Shown here: positions 61,869 through 64,000 of the stretch, piece after piece | Layout: every line of letters begins with the position of its first letter | How positions within the stretch are numbered: position 1 is the stretch's first letter | Source: Camelus dromedarius | Taxonomy: Eukaryota | Length of the DNA stretch: 64,000 nucleotides | Assembly: GCF_036321535.1 (NCBI RefSeq) | Contig: NC_087436.1 | Span: 9,982,001 to 10,046,000 of the forward strand | Direction: 5' to 3' | Notes under the pieces: model-generated | The model's input: only the letters and a program-made list of their open reading frames with translations | Databases searched by the model: none | Told to the model about the DNA's origin: nothing | Translations under genes and position numbers: made by a program

Positions 61869-62429
61869 AGAGTTGATTTTAGAAGTGAAATAATCCTTTT
61901 AAATAAAATGAAACTCAGAACTTCCAGCAGTTGGCATTACTTAGAGAATCAGTAGATTCTGAACCAGGTGGCACCAATTATGTCCCCTTGATTTTCGCCT
62001 TCTCTCTTGGGTTCTCTTTGGTCCAACTGCCATGAATATTCTGGTTCCCAGGGCTTCCCCTTAACATACAAACAGCCTCCCTTGATTGTCAGCCTAAGTC
62101 CAAATCTGTGGAGTTTTGGTCTAAACTGACACCTGAGTTCAATTTGAAATCTTCTCCTACCGTGTTTCACTTCTTGGCATCATTGGTCACAACCCAAGTG
62201 GAAACTCCTAATAGCTTCCCTGATTTGTCTATCATTTCTACTGCCTGACATCATTCAAGTACTTCCTAAGGCTCTTCTTGAAATACTCTTTTCACTCTCT
62301 AGAAAATATTCCTTTCCAAGAATACCACTGGGATTACCACCAGTAATCATCTCAAGTGGTGGCTGTTCAACCTCTTAGAGTCAATATACCAAATATACTC
62401 CAAGACCAAAGAGTGGAATTTTTAGCCTG

Positions 62430-63200
62430 AGTAAGATTAGAAGCCAGTGGGTTTTGAACAGAGAAGTGATATAACCTGTTAAACGTTTGGGAAAGACTCT
62501 GGATGTTGTAAGAATGAAGCAAAAAGAAGCTATTCCAATGATCCAATTTGTTGATAATGGTGGACTAGAATGGCAATGCTGGAGGTGATGAAAAGCAGTG
62601 AAACACTGAGTATTTTTCAAAGTAGAGCTATCTGTATTTGATGTTGAATTGGATGAGGATGTAAGAGAAGAGGAGGAATCAAGTATGTCCCCAAGTCTGT
62701 GTGCATGTGTGTGTTTGTGTGTGTGTCCATGACTAGCTGGGTGAAAGACAGTGGCATCTACTGGAATGGAGAGGACTGAGGAGGAGGCAGGATTCTTTGG
62801 TGGGAGTGTTGGAAAGAAATTCAAAAGTGTCACCTTGGATGCGTAAGTTTGAAATGCCAACTTGACATTTATATAAAGATGTCAAAAAAGCAACTGAATT
62901 TTCAAGTCTGAAATGAAAGGGAGGATTGGAGCTGGATACAGACATTTAGGACTTTCTGCTCATAGATGGTATAAAGCCATGAGACTGGGGATGACCAGAT
63001 ATTGAATGAATACATCTAGAGGAGAATAGAAATGTAAGAACTGTACATACTTGTGTCGAGGGGGATGTGATAAATTGAAAAAAGAGACGGAGAGGGAGCT
63101 TTTAGTGAAGTAGGGAAACCAAGGAAGAATAGCATTTTAAGGGCAAGAGAAATAGAGCCTCGAGCCAGAGGAAATAAGTAATGCTGACAGAGAAATATGA
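62430..63200 (-). mobile_element. L2 relic
   Basis: GGGTTTTGAACAGAGAAGTGAT...AAGTTTGAAATGCC...AAAGCCATGAGACTGG. Confidence 0.6.
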
Positions 63201-63489
63201 AGATGGAATGATAGATGTGACAGAAATTTGCAAAAAATATTTCTTTGGATTTGAGGAATCTTCAGTGCAGACAGCTCACTGCTGCATTTAATGGAGGATC
63301 TTTAGAGAGTCCTATCATTGAAGAAAGTCATCTTTGTCCCAGCTACCAAGTGAACCCATGTTAGACAAGAATCTAAGGATAAACGATAGTCAGCAACAAC
63401 CACAAAAAGAGAACATAATTAGAAATAAAGAACATCAGAAATGGAGAAGACCTGAATGAAAACAACTGTAAAGGTTTACTGAGAGATAT

Positions 63490-63912
63490 GGTGAAGAGGT
63501 CTCCAAAGTTGTCTCTGTCTTATTCCTGAGGCCCATGAAAAAGTGATCTTCCATGGACAGAAGGACCTTGTGAAATGATTGTGTTAAGGACATTGAAATG
63601 GGAAGATGATCCTGAGTGATTCAGGTGGGCCCAGTGTCATGATCAGATCCTGTGAGAGGGAGGCAGAGGGGTCAGAGCTATGGAAGAAGGTATGATGACA
63701 GACGCAGAGGTCAGAGGGAAATGGGGCCACCTAGCAAGGATGCAGGCAGCCTGTAGAAGCTGGAAAAGGGTCATGGCATGGCTTCCTGTAGGCTTACAGA
63801 AGAAACATAGCCTTGCCAGTCCATTTTAGACTTACAACCTCAAGAACTATACATTTCTATTGTTTTAATCCACCATGTCTTGGGGAATGTGTTGCAACAA
63901 TAGAAAATCAAT
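63490..63912 (+). mobile_element. MLT1 (C/D-like) MaLR LTR
   Basis: GTTAAGGACATTGAAATGGGAAGATGATCCTG...GGTGGGCCCAGTGT...AGAAGCTGGAAAAGG...TTGTTTTAATCCACC...CAATAGAAAA. Confidence 0.8.
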
Positions 63913-64000
63913 TTAAAAGACTTGAAGGGGAAGAAATCACTTATCATACATACACAGAGAGAAATGTCTATATCCTGGAAGAGTTTCTTGAAGGACTCTC

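Overview
Mammalian genomic DNA, most likely a camelid, inferred from eight copies of a vic-1-like tRNA-derived SINE. The window holds the head-to-head neuropeptide Y receptor pair. NPY1R (- strand) has two coding exons, 11029-10331 and 10041-9589 (383 aa), and a CpG-island promoter at ~16.6-17.7 kb. NPY5R (+ strand) has a single coding exon, 36291-37631 (446 aa), a CpG island at ~27.7-28.9 kb and candidate 5'UTR exons at 29756-29774 and 33947-33998. The rest is intronic or intergenic DNA with L1, L2 and MIR relics, solo ERV LTRs, a near full-length Tigger1, other DNA-transposon fossils and microsatellites. I see no convincing new biological system. The best leads are: a SINE inserted in the short NPY1R coding intron; an upstream NPY5R exon that supplies both an in-frame ATG and a uORF; a MER41-like LTR with a perfect NF-kB palindrome downstream of NPY1R; and an internally deleted L1 with a 4-monomer 5' array. 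Repeat family names come from recalled consensus similarity, not database searches.
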